From assembly GCA_038063455.1 (NCBI GenBank), contig JBBTVB010000004.1, forward strand, positions 75 through 64,074: 64,000 nucleotides of DNA, in the 5' to 3' direction. Below are positions 33,209 to 41,562 of the stretch, piece after piece (position 1 is the first letter of the stretch; each line of letters begins with the position of its first letter). A program made the position numbers and the translations under genes. This DNA is from Patescibacteria group bacterium. Lineage in GTDB: Bacteria > Patescibacteriota > Patescibacteriia > PEXW01. The notes below the pieces were generated by a model. That model worked only from the letters and a program-made list of their open reading frames with translations, made no database searches and was not told where the DNA came from.

Positions 33209-34345
33209 ATGATCCACTTCCGGATTCTCAAAAAATCCAAGCGCAGCCAGGCACGGCTGGGGCTACTCAAAACCCCACATGGCACGGTGCAGACGCCGGC
33301 GTTTGTTGCGGTGGCGACGCAGGGCACGGTAAAGGCGCTCACGCACGACCAGCTTGCCACCACCGGCACCCAAATTGCCATTAGCAACACCTTCCACCTG
33401 CACTTGAAACCCGGGGAAGACATTGTCGCCAGGCATGGCGGGCTGCACAAATTTTCTAAACTCCCGGTGCCGCTGATGACCGACTCGGGCGGCTTCCAAG
33501 TGTTTAGCCTAGGCTTTGGGAAAGACCTGCAGATTGGCAAGGTTGGCAAAGGACAAAAAGCTGGTGGCGTGCGCCTGGGCAACCAACCCAAAGAAATTCG
33601 CATCACGGATAAAGGTGTCTGGTTCCGCTCGCCCGTGGGTGGCAAAAAACTTTTCCTCGGGCCGAAGATGTCTATCCGCATCCAGCAAAAACTTGGGGCC
33701 GATATTATCCTGGCCTTTGACGAGTGCCCACCCCCGGTGGCCGACTATGCCTACAACCAGGCGTCACTAGAAAAAACCCATACCTGGGCCAAGCGCTGCC
33801 TAGACTACCACACCAGCAAGCAGGCGCTGTACGGTATTGTGCAAGGCGGAAAGTACAAAGACCTCCGCATCCAGAGCGCCAAGTTCATTGGCAGTCTGCC
33901 GTTTGACGGCTTTGCCATTGGCGGGGAATTTGGGAGTGATGCACATGGCATGCGCAAAATGCTGGAATGGGTGAATGCGGAATTGCCCGAAGCAAAACCC
34001 CGCCACCTGTTGGGCATTGGCCACCTGAAAGATATTCCCGAAGTAATCAAGTCTGGCGTGGACACGTTTGACTGCATTGTGCCCACGCACTACGCCCGAC
34101 ATGGCACAGCATTTACCAGCAAGGGTCGTTTGGATTTTTCCAAAGCCGCGCTGCTCAAAGACAAACGATCAATTGATACGGCGTGCACATGCACAGTCTG
34201 CAAGACGTATAGCCGTGCATATATTGGCCACCTCGTACGCGCCAAAGAAATGAGTGGATTGACCCTGCTGACTATGCACAATCTCTTCTTTTTCAATGCG
34301 TATGTTAGCAAGCTACGTCAAAAGATTTTTCGTGGAGAAATATAA
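33209..34345 (+). CDS. tgt: tRNA-guanine transglycosylase (queuine tRNA-ribosyltransferase)
   Basis: LMTDSGGFQV, AFDEC, LLGIG, VDTFDCIVPT and the zinc site CTCTVC...H. Contains a Gly/Lys-rich insertion. Confidence 0.93.
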   Translation: MIHFRILKKSKRSQARLGLLKTPHGTVQTPAFVAVATQGTVKALTHDQLATTGTQIAISNTFHLHLKPGEDIVARHGGLHKFSKLPVPLMTDSGGFQVFSLGFGKDLQIGKVGKGQKAGGVRLGNQPKEIRITDKGVWFRSPVGGKKLFLGPKMSIRIQQKLGADIILAFDECPPPVADYAYNQASLEKTHTWAKRCLDYHTSKQALYGIVQGGKYKDLRIQSAKFIGSLPFDGFAIGGEFGSDAHGMRKMLEWVNAELPEAKPRHLLGIGHLKDIPEVIKSGVDTFDCIVPTHYARHGTAFTSKGRLDFSKAALLKDKRSIDTACTCTVCKTYSRAYIGHLVRAKEMSGLTLLTMHNLFFFNAYVSKLRQKIFRGEI

Positions 34346-34384
34346 AAAGCCCCTAGTATAACTAAGGACTTCTAAATTCCTCTT

Positions 34385-34843
34385 CTACTTTCCCTGCTCA
34401 AGCCTTTTCTTCACTCGTCTTTCCTGAACCAAGCCACGACCGTTTGCTAGCATCGCCTGTATTTCTTCGGGTTTGTGAGGTAATTTGTACGGAAGGTCAG
34501 GCCTCTGCTCTTCAAGTAAGGCAAGAATTTCATGCCAGTCACTATCCGCGCTTAAATCAACAGGCGTAGATTCTTGTATAGGATCTTCCAAAATATAGTC
34601 CTCAAGAGTATCATACGACACAATGTGAGCAGGGAACTCAAAGCCGAGAGACTGTGCAAATTTTTTTACGTACATCTGAACACACTCAAAAATCAAACTC
34701 TGTTCCTGCTTCGTCAAATCGAATTCAAAGATGATTGCGCTTGCCCATGTACCTCCCCTTGTTTGCGAAAGGACAACTGCAGTGGAGTCTGCCATGACGC
34801 GAGAAATTACCTGATGAGCCTTTACATCATTGTCAATGGACAC
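34385..34843 (-). CDS. Hypothetical acidic protein
   Basis: Clean 152-aa ORF in an AT-rich stretch. No motif recognised. Confidence 0.5.
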   Translation of the reverse strand: MSIDNDVKAHQVISRVMADSTAVVLSQTRGGTWASAIIFEFDLTKQEQSLIFECVQMYVKKFAQSLGFEFPAHIVSYDTLEDYILEDPIQESTPVDLSADSDWHEILALLEEQRPDLPYKLPHKPEEIQAMLANGRGLVQERRVKKRLEQGK

Positions 34844-35031
34844 TTAGATACACCTCCTATTAAATACTTGTTCTGTGTTGACGAAAATTTTACATCAAAC
34901 CCTATCTTTGTCAAGCAACACACATGAAAAAATATGCGCAAAAGTTTGCTTGCCAGCTTCCGTCCGGTTGGTTGGCCAGTACCGAGCGGCAATTGCGAAA
35001 GGGGAAATCTAAAACTAAAAAATCGCCCACA

Positions 35032-35718
35032 TTACACATGTAGGCGATTACCCTCTAGAGTTTGCCAATGGTCAACAATTCTTACAAGTTGACTTTTTCT
35101 AACTGCGGGCCAAAAGGTCGGAAGGCCAAACATCTGCGCCTGGTCTACTGGCCAGAGGCTATCACTAAGCCGAACCTGGCGAAAAGCTTGACCACTGCGA
35201 ATCACTACATCTACTGGTCGTTGGAATTGCAAGAAGCGAGTAACGTTTTGAAAAGTGGCCGTTTTTCCGGCCGTCTCGCAAGAACGAATTGCTTGGTCAA
35301 AATCCCAAGAGCCGGCATACGCAGCTAAAATATTTAGGGTCCGACCATCGTGCCTATAGTGGCGCTGCTGCGAAAAATGAACGATCTTTTGGAGATCCGG
35401 AAATCTTTCGCTTAACTGATCAAGCGCCCCCACAACCCGTAAAGCTATGCTATGCCTACGCATCCACTCACTGTCAATGAGTGTAATTAACGTTTCTATC
35501 CCGTTGTGGACCAGGGGTGCCAGCTCTTGTAATGGGCGTTGTTGATTGTAGAGCGCAAAGCAATGAAACGTCACTTCTTGAAAACCATGTTCAAAGAATA
35601 GCCATTGCGCTGCTCGCTGAAGCTTTGTGCCTCCAAGAGCGTATGCGTGGTCCAGTGACACTGAACGCTGCTCGCTGTATCGCCGCATGCCATCTGGCAA
35701 AATTAAAACATGCGCCAT
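35032..35718 (-). CDS. Divergent cis-prenyltransferase (UppS-family) homologue
   Basis: Collinear with UppS blocks: VLILPDGMRRY (vs IIMDGNGRWA), TFHCFALYNQQRP, LRVVGALD, LNILAAYAGSWD, VDVVIRSG...RLSDSLWP. Confidence 0.65.
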   Translation of the reverse strand: MAHVLILPDGMRRYSEQRSVSLDHAYALGGTKLQRAAQWLFFEHGFQEVTFHCFALYNQQRPLQELAPLVHNGIETLITLIDSEWMRRHSIALRVVGALDQLSERFPDLQKIVHFSQQRHYRHDGRTLNILAAYAGSWDFDQAIRSCETAGKTATFQNVTRFLQFQRPVDVVIRSGQAFRQVRLSDSLWPVDQAQMFGLPTFWPAVRKSQLVRIVDHWQTLEGNRLHV

Positions 35719-35935
35719 GTCGAAGTCTCCTATGCTAAAGGTCTTTTTTTATTTGTTATATCTAACAGTACATTAATACTTACGTCAATAGCATAAGCAA
35801 AAATCCGCACGGTCACGGGACAGTGCCCGGCTCTTGGTGTACAACCGGCGACGGTATGCTGCTTACCTAGCTCCGGCCCAGGGGCTGGAGTATACTTAGA
35901 ATGCAATCTACACACAATCGAAAGGGGGTGTCTGT

Positions 35936-36184
35936 ATGATGAAAAAAATGTCAGGAATGAATTGGGTGGGTTGGATTCTCCTCGTGGTCGGCGGCCTCAA
36001 CTGGGGTCTGGTCGGCGCTTTTAAGTTCAACCTCGTCGACGAAATTTTTGGGGTTGAGTCCACAATCTCGACCATTGTCTACATCCTCGTCGGCTTGGCC
36101 GCACTGTGGATGATTTGCGGGGCCTTCTGGAAGAAAGGCGACGGCATGATGAACAAGCCGATGGATAGCAAGCCAGGAATGTAG
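35936..36184 (+). CDS. DUF378-family small membrane protein
   Basis: ILLVVGGLNWGLVG...FNLV...IVYILVGLAAL is the typical DUF378 pattern. Confidence 0.75.
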   Translation: MMKKMSGMNWVGWILLVVGGLNWGLVGAFKFNLVDEIFGVESTISTIVYILVGLAALWMICGAFWKKGDGMMNKPMDSKPGM

Positions 36185-36276
36185 TTTTTCAACTAGTGCA
36201 CTGTGTGAAAAAGAGCTTCGCTATGGCGGAGCTCTTTTGGATTGCGCACGGCACCGAAGTCAGGCACAATGCGAAT

Positions 36277-37383
36277 ATGAGCCTCTACACTCGCGTCATC
36301 CGTCCGCTCCTCTACCGCGTCCCGCCCGATACTATACACCCGATTGTGGCTGGCGGATCGGAATTGGTATCCAGAATTCCCGGCGTGAAAAATGTATTGC
36401 GCGCCTATTTCCGCGTGGACGAGCCACCTCTTGCCGTAACGGTCAATGGTATACATTTTCCAAATCCGGTTGGCCTATCGGCAGGGTTTGATAAGGATGG
36501 GGAATTCCTGCACTTCGAGGAGGTCTTTGGTTTTGGCTTTGCAGAAATTGGCTCGATTAGCCGACAACCCTACGTTGGAAATCCTAAACCCTGGGTACGG
36601 CGCATGGTCCGCAACAAATCCTTGGTGGTGAACTATGGCTTAAAAAGCCAAGGCATGGACCGGGTGTTTGACCGGATGCAAAACACGCACGTGCAAATAC
36701 CCATCGGCATCTCGCTGGTCAAAAGCAACCACCCGGACTGCTTTGGTGAACGCGCCATTGCCGACTACATAGCCGTGTATGAAAAATTTGCCAACGTCGG
36801 TGACTACTACACCCTCAACCTCAGCTGCCCCAACACTCCCGATGGCACGCCCTTTACCGAGCCGCAGGCCTTAGAGACGTTACTCACGGCAATCCATGCA
36901 GCTCGGCAGCAGCACGGCATTACCAAGCCCACTTTTCTAAAAATTAATCCAGATATCAGCAACGAACATCTGGCGGCAATCGTGGCCCTGGCCATACGCT
37001 ACGACATGGAGGGCTTGGTCATTGGCAATCTTATCAAAGATAAAACCAAAGCCCGGGCATTGCTAGATTTTCCTGAGGACCACCAGCCTGAGTGGCCGGG
37101 CAGCTTGTCCGGCAAGCCGGTGCGAGACCTTTCAACGGAAACTATCCGCCAGGCGTACCAACTCGCTAATGGCAAATTGACGCTTATTGGCACGGGCGGG
37201 ATATTTACCGGCGACCATGCCTACGCAAAAATCCGCGCGGGTGCCAGCCTGGTGCAGCTGATTACCGGCTTCATCTTCGGCGGCCCAACAACTATTCGGA
37301 ATATCAACAAGCGGCTACTGGAATTGCTGCGGCGGGATGGGTTTAGGAATATTAGCCAGGCAGTTGGGGCGGATCATAAATAA
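36277..37383 (+). CDS. pyrD: Dihydroorotate dehydrogenase, class 2 (quinone-type) like
   Basis: FPNPVGLSAGFDKDG, EIGSI, NLSCPNT, GTGGI and the N-terminal membrane-association region. Confidence 0.85.
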   Translation: MSLYTRVIRPLLYRVPPDTIHPIVAGGSELVSRIPGVKNVLRAYFRVDEPPLAVTVNGIHFPNPVGLSAGFDKDGEFLHFEEVFGFGFAEIGSISRQPYVGNPKPWVRRMVRNKSLVVNYGLKSQGMDRVFDRMQNTHVQIPIGISLVKSNHPDCFGERAIADYIAVYEKFANVGDYYTLNLSCPNTPDGTPFTEPQALETLLTAIHAARQQHGITKPTFLKINPDISNEHLAAIVALAIRYDMEGLVIGNLIKDKTKARALLDFPEDHQPEWPGSLSGKPVRDLSTETIRQAYQLANGKLTLIGTGGIFTGDHAYAKIRAGASLVQLITGFIFGGPTTIRNINKRLLELLRRDGFRNISQAVGADHK

Positions 37384-37521
37384 TTCTGGGGTCCCCGCCA
37401 GCGTGGCGCGCAGTCCCGCATCTGCGGGACGAGCACGCGGTGGTGGGGCTAAGCGAGGCTTCTCACGGAGGGCGGAGTTTTGCCGGTCATGGCAAAACGG
37501 AGCCCGATGTGAGAAACGAGC

Positions 37522-37596
<75 letters not shown>

Positions 37597-37601
37597 ACAA
37601 A

Positions 37602-37895
37602 TTATGAAACTTGCTTCTTTGGGAACTTTACGAGCACCAGGAGAATAAGGATGAACGCTAACACTACTGGAATCCCTCGGGAAAAATCGCCATACATCAA
37701 GGAGAAAAAACCCATAAGCGGCCACTGCAGCAAGACTATCGGTGTCCAAAGTATTCCGGCGCACGGAATATCTGAAGGAATACCATCACTGCCTAGCTGC
37801 GACCACCAAGCCGTACACAAGAGCGCCTGATAGAAAATTCCTATACCCACATACAGCACTGCCGCGAGAAGTAACTTTTTGTGCTCTTGTCGCAT
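37602..37895 (-). CDS. Small 3-TM membrane protein wedged between tRNA genes
   Basis: Three hydrophobic segments. No SD seen. Confidence 0.4.
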   Translation of the reverse strand: MRQEHKKLLLAAVLYVGIGIFYQALLCTAWWSQLGSDGIPSDIPCAGILWTPIVLLQWPLMGFFSLMYGDFSRGIPVVLAFILILLVLVKFPKKQVS

Positions 37896-37904
37896 AGGCT
37901 TTGC

Positions 37905-37979
37905 TGGAGGCCACGAGGGGGATCGAACCCCTGAATAAGGGTTTTGCAGACCCTCGCCTTACCACTTGGCTACGTGGCC
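37905..37979 (-). tRNA. tRNA-Cys, anticodon GCA (CCA encoded)
   Basis: Acceptor GGCCACG/CGTGGCC. Anticodon stem AGGGT/ACCCT with loop CTGCAAA. T arm AGGGG-TTCGATC-CCCCT. Confidence 0.9.
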
Positions 37980-38043
37980 AAGCCACTACTCTGTGTAGCT
38001 TAGGCAATGTACCAGACAGTCGCAGAAATGCAAGAAAACGAGC

Positions 38044-38127
38044 TGGTACCAGAGGCGGGATTCGAACCCACAACCCTTGCGGGACGACATTTTAAGTGTC
38101 GCGTGTATACCGTTCCACCACTCTGGC
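38044..38127 (-). tRNA. tRNA-Leu, anticodon UAA (long variable arm, CCA encoded)
   Basis: Anticodon stem CGACA/TGTCG with loop CTTAAAA. T arm GTGGG-TTCGAAT-CCCGC. Confidence 0.88.
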
Positions 38128-38273
38128 CTATATGAATCCTAGCACCAAAAGCAAAACCGGCGCGATAGTCGCGCCGGCTGTGAGCTTACCCACGCACCAC
38201 TCACTGCGTTCGGGTGCGGGGTTGCGCGCTCCAAAAACCTATACGGAAACTTCGCGTGTAAGCCAAGGAGCGC

Positions 38274-38804
38274 TTACTTTAAAATCTCCACCTTCACCCG
38301 ACGTACGCCCCACTGCTTAGCATCGTGACGCGTCTTCATCCAGATATCGGCGCGAGATGACCCGTAGCGAGCATTCATCCGATCTTGCACCACGAAAACT
38401 TTGCTACCAAACTTTTCGGGAATGCGTACTTTGGTCCCAAACGGCACGCCATTCATGGCAATAATGCCATCGCGAACCTTCTTTCCAGATGCCGTGGTAA
38501 ACGGATCACCGTCCGTCTGGTCTTTGGTAGAGGAATAGGCGGTCATAACCACAGTCCGCACGCGCGTAACTTGGTGTACCTTATTCGGCACTTTCGGGGG
38601 GGCAACGGGCTCCAGTACGGCCAATGGCACGGCCGGCGCCAACGGCTGCCCCACCGGGACAATAACCGTCAGGTCAGGGATGGCAACCGGCTGGACAGAC
38701 ACGGTTTGGGCGTAGCCATGCTGCGGAAAGACGAACTGCCACACCAGAATGGCCAGGGTGACCTGGAAAATTCGGCGGCTATGTTTGCGGGAAATAAGTT
38801 TCAT
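38274..38804 (-). CDS. Secreted 3D-domain (RlpA/MltA-like double-psi barrel) protein
   Basis: Signal/anchor, Pro/Val-rich linker, then VMTAYSS...DQTDGDPFTTASG...G.IA.......G..V.I is the 3D-domain pattern. Confidence 0.75.
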   Translation of the reverse strand: MKLISRKHSRRIFQVTLAILVWQFVFPQHGYAQTVSVQPVAIPDLTVIVPVGQPLAPAVPLAVLEPVAPPKVPNKVHQVTRVRTVVMTAYSSTKDQTDGDPFTTASGKKVRDGIIAMNGVPFGTKVRIPEKFGSKVFVVQDRMNARYGSSRADIWMKTRHDAKQWGVRRVKVEILK

Positions 38805-38963
38805 AGGTAATAACAAAAAGTCTGCCAATTTCTTGGCAGATTCTTGCGAAGAAGCACTGTAGCACACCCCCATCAGAAGTCAAGGGTGGGTGGGGAAGAA
38901 ATGGGGATAACCAGACAGTCAAAAACCGTCAAAAAGACAGATTATTAGCTAACCTTAGCCAAA

Positions 38964-39317
38964 TTATCGCCCTACCACCGCGCCGGCTTTCCGGCCAATA
39001 TTCGTCACCAGGCTAAGCGCCCACAGCACCAGGGCCCCCAAAACAGCCGCCCCAAAGCTCTCGACATTAAAACCCTTCACCCAGGTGCTCACTAGCCAAA
39101 AGAGGGCCGCATTTATGACCAAGGTGAATAATCCCAAGGTCACCAAAGTTATGGGCAGGGTGAGAATGATGAGAATAGGTCGGACCACAGCGTTCAAAAT
39201 GCCAAGAACCAGCGCAACGATCAGGGCGGTATAAAAGCTCTCTACCTGAATGCCTGGCACGACGTAAGCGACCAGTAGTACGGCGAGCGCGTTGATGAGC
39301 CAGCGGAACAGAAGCAT
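38964..39317 (-). CDS. Phage-holin-family-4 / DUF360-like membrane protein
   Basis: WLINALAVLLVAYVVPGI.V.SF..ALI.ALVLGILNA.VRPIL..LTLPIT..TLGLF..VINA is characteristic. Confidence 0.75.
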   Translation of the reverse strand: MLLFRWLINALAVLLVAYVVPGIQVESFYTALIVALVLGILNAVVRPILIILTLPITLVTLGLFTLVINAALFWLVSTWVKGFNVESFGAAVLGALVLWALSLVTNIGRKAGAVVGR

Positions 39318-39427
39318 GTATCGGCAGTATAGAATTACCGGCGGGAGCCTGTCCATTGACGAAACCCCTGTTTCCGGTACACTGCTTCTGCCGCACAGGT
39401 TGCGGCTTTTCGTACTCCCTCTTACCT

Positions 39428-41242
39428 ATGACTCTCCGCAACATCGCTATTATCGCGCACGTCGACCACGGCAAGACCACGTTGGTTGATGCCCTGCTCA
39501 AGCAGACCCACTCTGTGAGCAAAGCTACCGAAGGGGGCAAACTTATCATGGACTCTATGGATTTGGAGCGTGAGCGCGGCATCACTATTAAGGCCAAGAA
39601 TGCCAGCGTCGTGTTTAACGATACCAAGATTAATATTGTCGACACGCCCGGCCACGCCGACTTTGGCGGGGAGGTAGAGCGCACGCTCCGCATGGTGGAC
39701 GGCGTGCTGTTGCTGGTGGATGCCAAGGAAGGGCCCATGCCCCAGACGAAGTTCGTCTTGCGCAAGGCGCTCGAACTCGGCCACAAAGCAATCGTGGTGG
39801 TAAACAAAATTGACCGGCCCGACGCGCAGATTGAACACGTGGTCAACCGCACGTTCGACTTGTTCGTTGAGCTCAACGCCAACCACGATCAACTAGAGTT
39901 TCCCATTGTCTATACCTCGGCCATAAACGGCCAGGCCACGCTCGACGTGCACAAGCCTGGCACGGACATGCAGCCCCTATTCGAAACTATTCTGCAAACT
40001 GTGCCAGAAGCCAAAGGCGATGCCGCCGCCGCGCTGCAAGTACTCATTCTGGCTATTGCCTATGACAACTACAAAGGCCGCATGGGTATTGGCAAAGTAA
40101 CGCAAGGCACCATTCGCAAAGCTCAAGAAGTGGCTCTGGCGCGGGTTGATGGTTCGCTTATTAAGGCGAAGGCCACGGATATTCTGGTGTTTCAAGGCGT
40201 GGAACGCGTGAGCGTTGAAGAAGCAGGCGTGGGCGAAATTGTCGCCGTGGCCGGCTTTGATGATGTGATGATTGGCGAGACTATTACCGACGCGCAAAAT
40301 CCAGCGCCGCTGCCGGCCGTGGCCATTGACGAGCCGACCATGCAGATGACCTTCGGTGTTAACACCAGCCCCTTCGCCGGCAAAGAAGGGAAGTTTGTAA
40401 CGTCGCGCAATCTCAAAGAGCGCTTGGCCAAAGAATTAGAAACTAATGTTGCGCTGCGCGTGGAGCCCGGCCAGAGCTCGGACCAATTCTTGGTTTCGGG
40501 CCGCGGCGAATTGCACCTAAGCATTCTTATCGAGACGATGCGGCGCGAAGGTTTTGAATTACAAATTGCGCAGCCCCATGTGATTACCAAAGAAGTGGAC
40601 GGCAAGCTGCAGGAACCGTGGGAGTACCTGACGGTGGATGTACCCGAGCAGTACCAGGGTGAGGTGATTGCCGAAGTTGGCAAACGCCGCGCAGATTTAA
40701 AACACCTGGAGGTCACGCCTAACGGCGAAGCGCACTTGGAGTACCACATTCCCACCCGCGGCATCATCGGGCTCAAGAATATTTTGCTCAACAAAACCCG
40801 GGGCACGGTTATCATGCACCACGTCTTCGACAGCTTCCAGACAGCGGCGGGCGACCTCAACCCTTTCCCGCACGGCTCGCTGATTGCCACGGAAACCGGG
40901 GATGCCAATGCCTACGGCATGGAAGGCGCCCAGGGCCGCGGCGTGCTCTTTATCAAGCCGGGGACCGCCGTGTACCAGGGCATGGTCGTGGGCCAGTGTA
41001 GTCGCGACGAAGACATCGAAGTTAATGTGAACAAAGGTAAAAAATTAACGAACATGCGCTCGTCTGGCGCGGACGATGCGATCCAGCTTGCGCCGCCCCA
41101 CGAACTGACACTGGAGCTTGCCTTGGAGTACATCGGCAACGATGAGTTGGTGGAAGTGACGCCGGTAAACGTGCGTGTGCGCAAGCGCTACTTGGATCCG
41201 AACGAGCGCAAGCGGCAAGTGCGTTCAAAAACCAACGCGTAA
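39428..41242 (+). CDS. typA: Translational GTPase TypA/BipA
   Basis: RNIAIIAHVDHGKTTLVD...DTPGHADFGGEVER...NKIDR and the BipA C-terminal domain. Confidence 0.95.
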   Translation: MTLRNIAIIAHVDHGKTTLVDALLKQTHSVSKATEGGKLIMDSMDLERERGITIKAKNASVVFNDTKINIVDTPGHADFGGEVERTLRMVDGVLLLVDAKEGPMPQTKFVLRKALELGHKAIVVVNKIDRPDAQIEHVVNRTFDLFVELNANHDQLEFPIVYTSAINGQATLDVHKPGTDMQPLFETILQTVPEAKGDAAAALQVLILAIAYDNYKGRMGIGKVTQGTIRKAQEVALARVDGSLIKAKATDILVFQGVERVSVEEAGVGEIVAVAGFDDVMIGETITDAQNPAPLPAVAIDEPTMQMTFGVNTSPFAGKEGKFVTSRNLKERLAKELETNVALRVEPGQSSDQFLVSGRGELHLSILIETMRREGFELQIAQPHVITKEVDGKLQEPWEYLTVDVPEQYQGEVIAEVGKRRADLKHLEVTPNGEAHLEYHIPTRGIIGLKNILLNKTRGTVIMHHVFDSFQTAAGDLNPFPHGSLIATETGDANAYGMEGAQGRGVLFIKPGTAVYQGMVVGQCSRDEDIEVNVNKGKKLTNMRSSGADDAIQLAPPHELTLELALEYIGNDELVEVTPVNVRVRKRYLDPNERKRQVRSKTNA

Positions 41243-41246
41243 GCTC

Positions 41247-41292
41247 TTGACCCCGCACCACTTTTTCTGAAAAAAAAGTGGTGCGGGGTTGA
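41247..41292. repeat. Palindromic element H1: TTGAC-CCCGCACCACTTTTT..AAAAAGTGGTGCGGGG-TTGAC
   Basis: Long perfect hairpin flanked by direct TTGAC. Second copy at 46734-46781. Confidence 0.8.
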
Positions 41293-41427
41293 CGTTTGCA
41301 CGCAAACGTTGCTTGACAGCGTTTTTTGTGCTACACTTTTTGTATCACGTTACCAAACGTGGTGTATGCAATCTCATTAACGAACGTTATTCAAAAAACG
41401 TTTCGCACGAGAGGGGGTGTCATCACC

Positions 41428-41493
41428 ATGGCAAAGAAGAAAAAGGTCGCAAAGAAAAAGAAGAAAGCAACGAAGAAAAAGAAGAAGCGTTAG
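41428..41493 (+). CDS. 21-aa Lys-rich peptide MAKKKKVAKKKKKATKKKKKR
   Basis: GAGGGGG lies upstream. Followed by hairpin TTCCGCCgctcctatgctGGCGGAA plus T-run. Real translation unproven. Confidence 0.35.
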   Translation: MAKKKKVAKKKKKATKKKKKR

Positions 41494-41562
41494 TCTTCGT
41501 TGATTTCGTTAAGACAGCGATAGATAATCTATCTGTGTCTCAAAAGCAAAGTTCCGCCGCTC

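Noticed and set aside
33209-34345. Tgt as a DpdA-like DNA 7-deazaguanine transglycosylase that would make the nucleotide cluster a DNA-modification system.
   Set aside because: The sequence has the full bacterial tRNA-Tgt motif set (DSGGFQ, DEC, FDC, CxCxxC..H zinc site). No dpdB/dpdC-like or helicase/ATPase partners are nearby. The association with the hydrolase cluster is treated as positional only.
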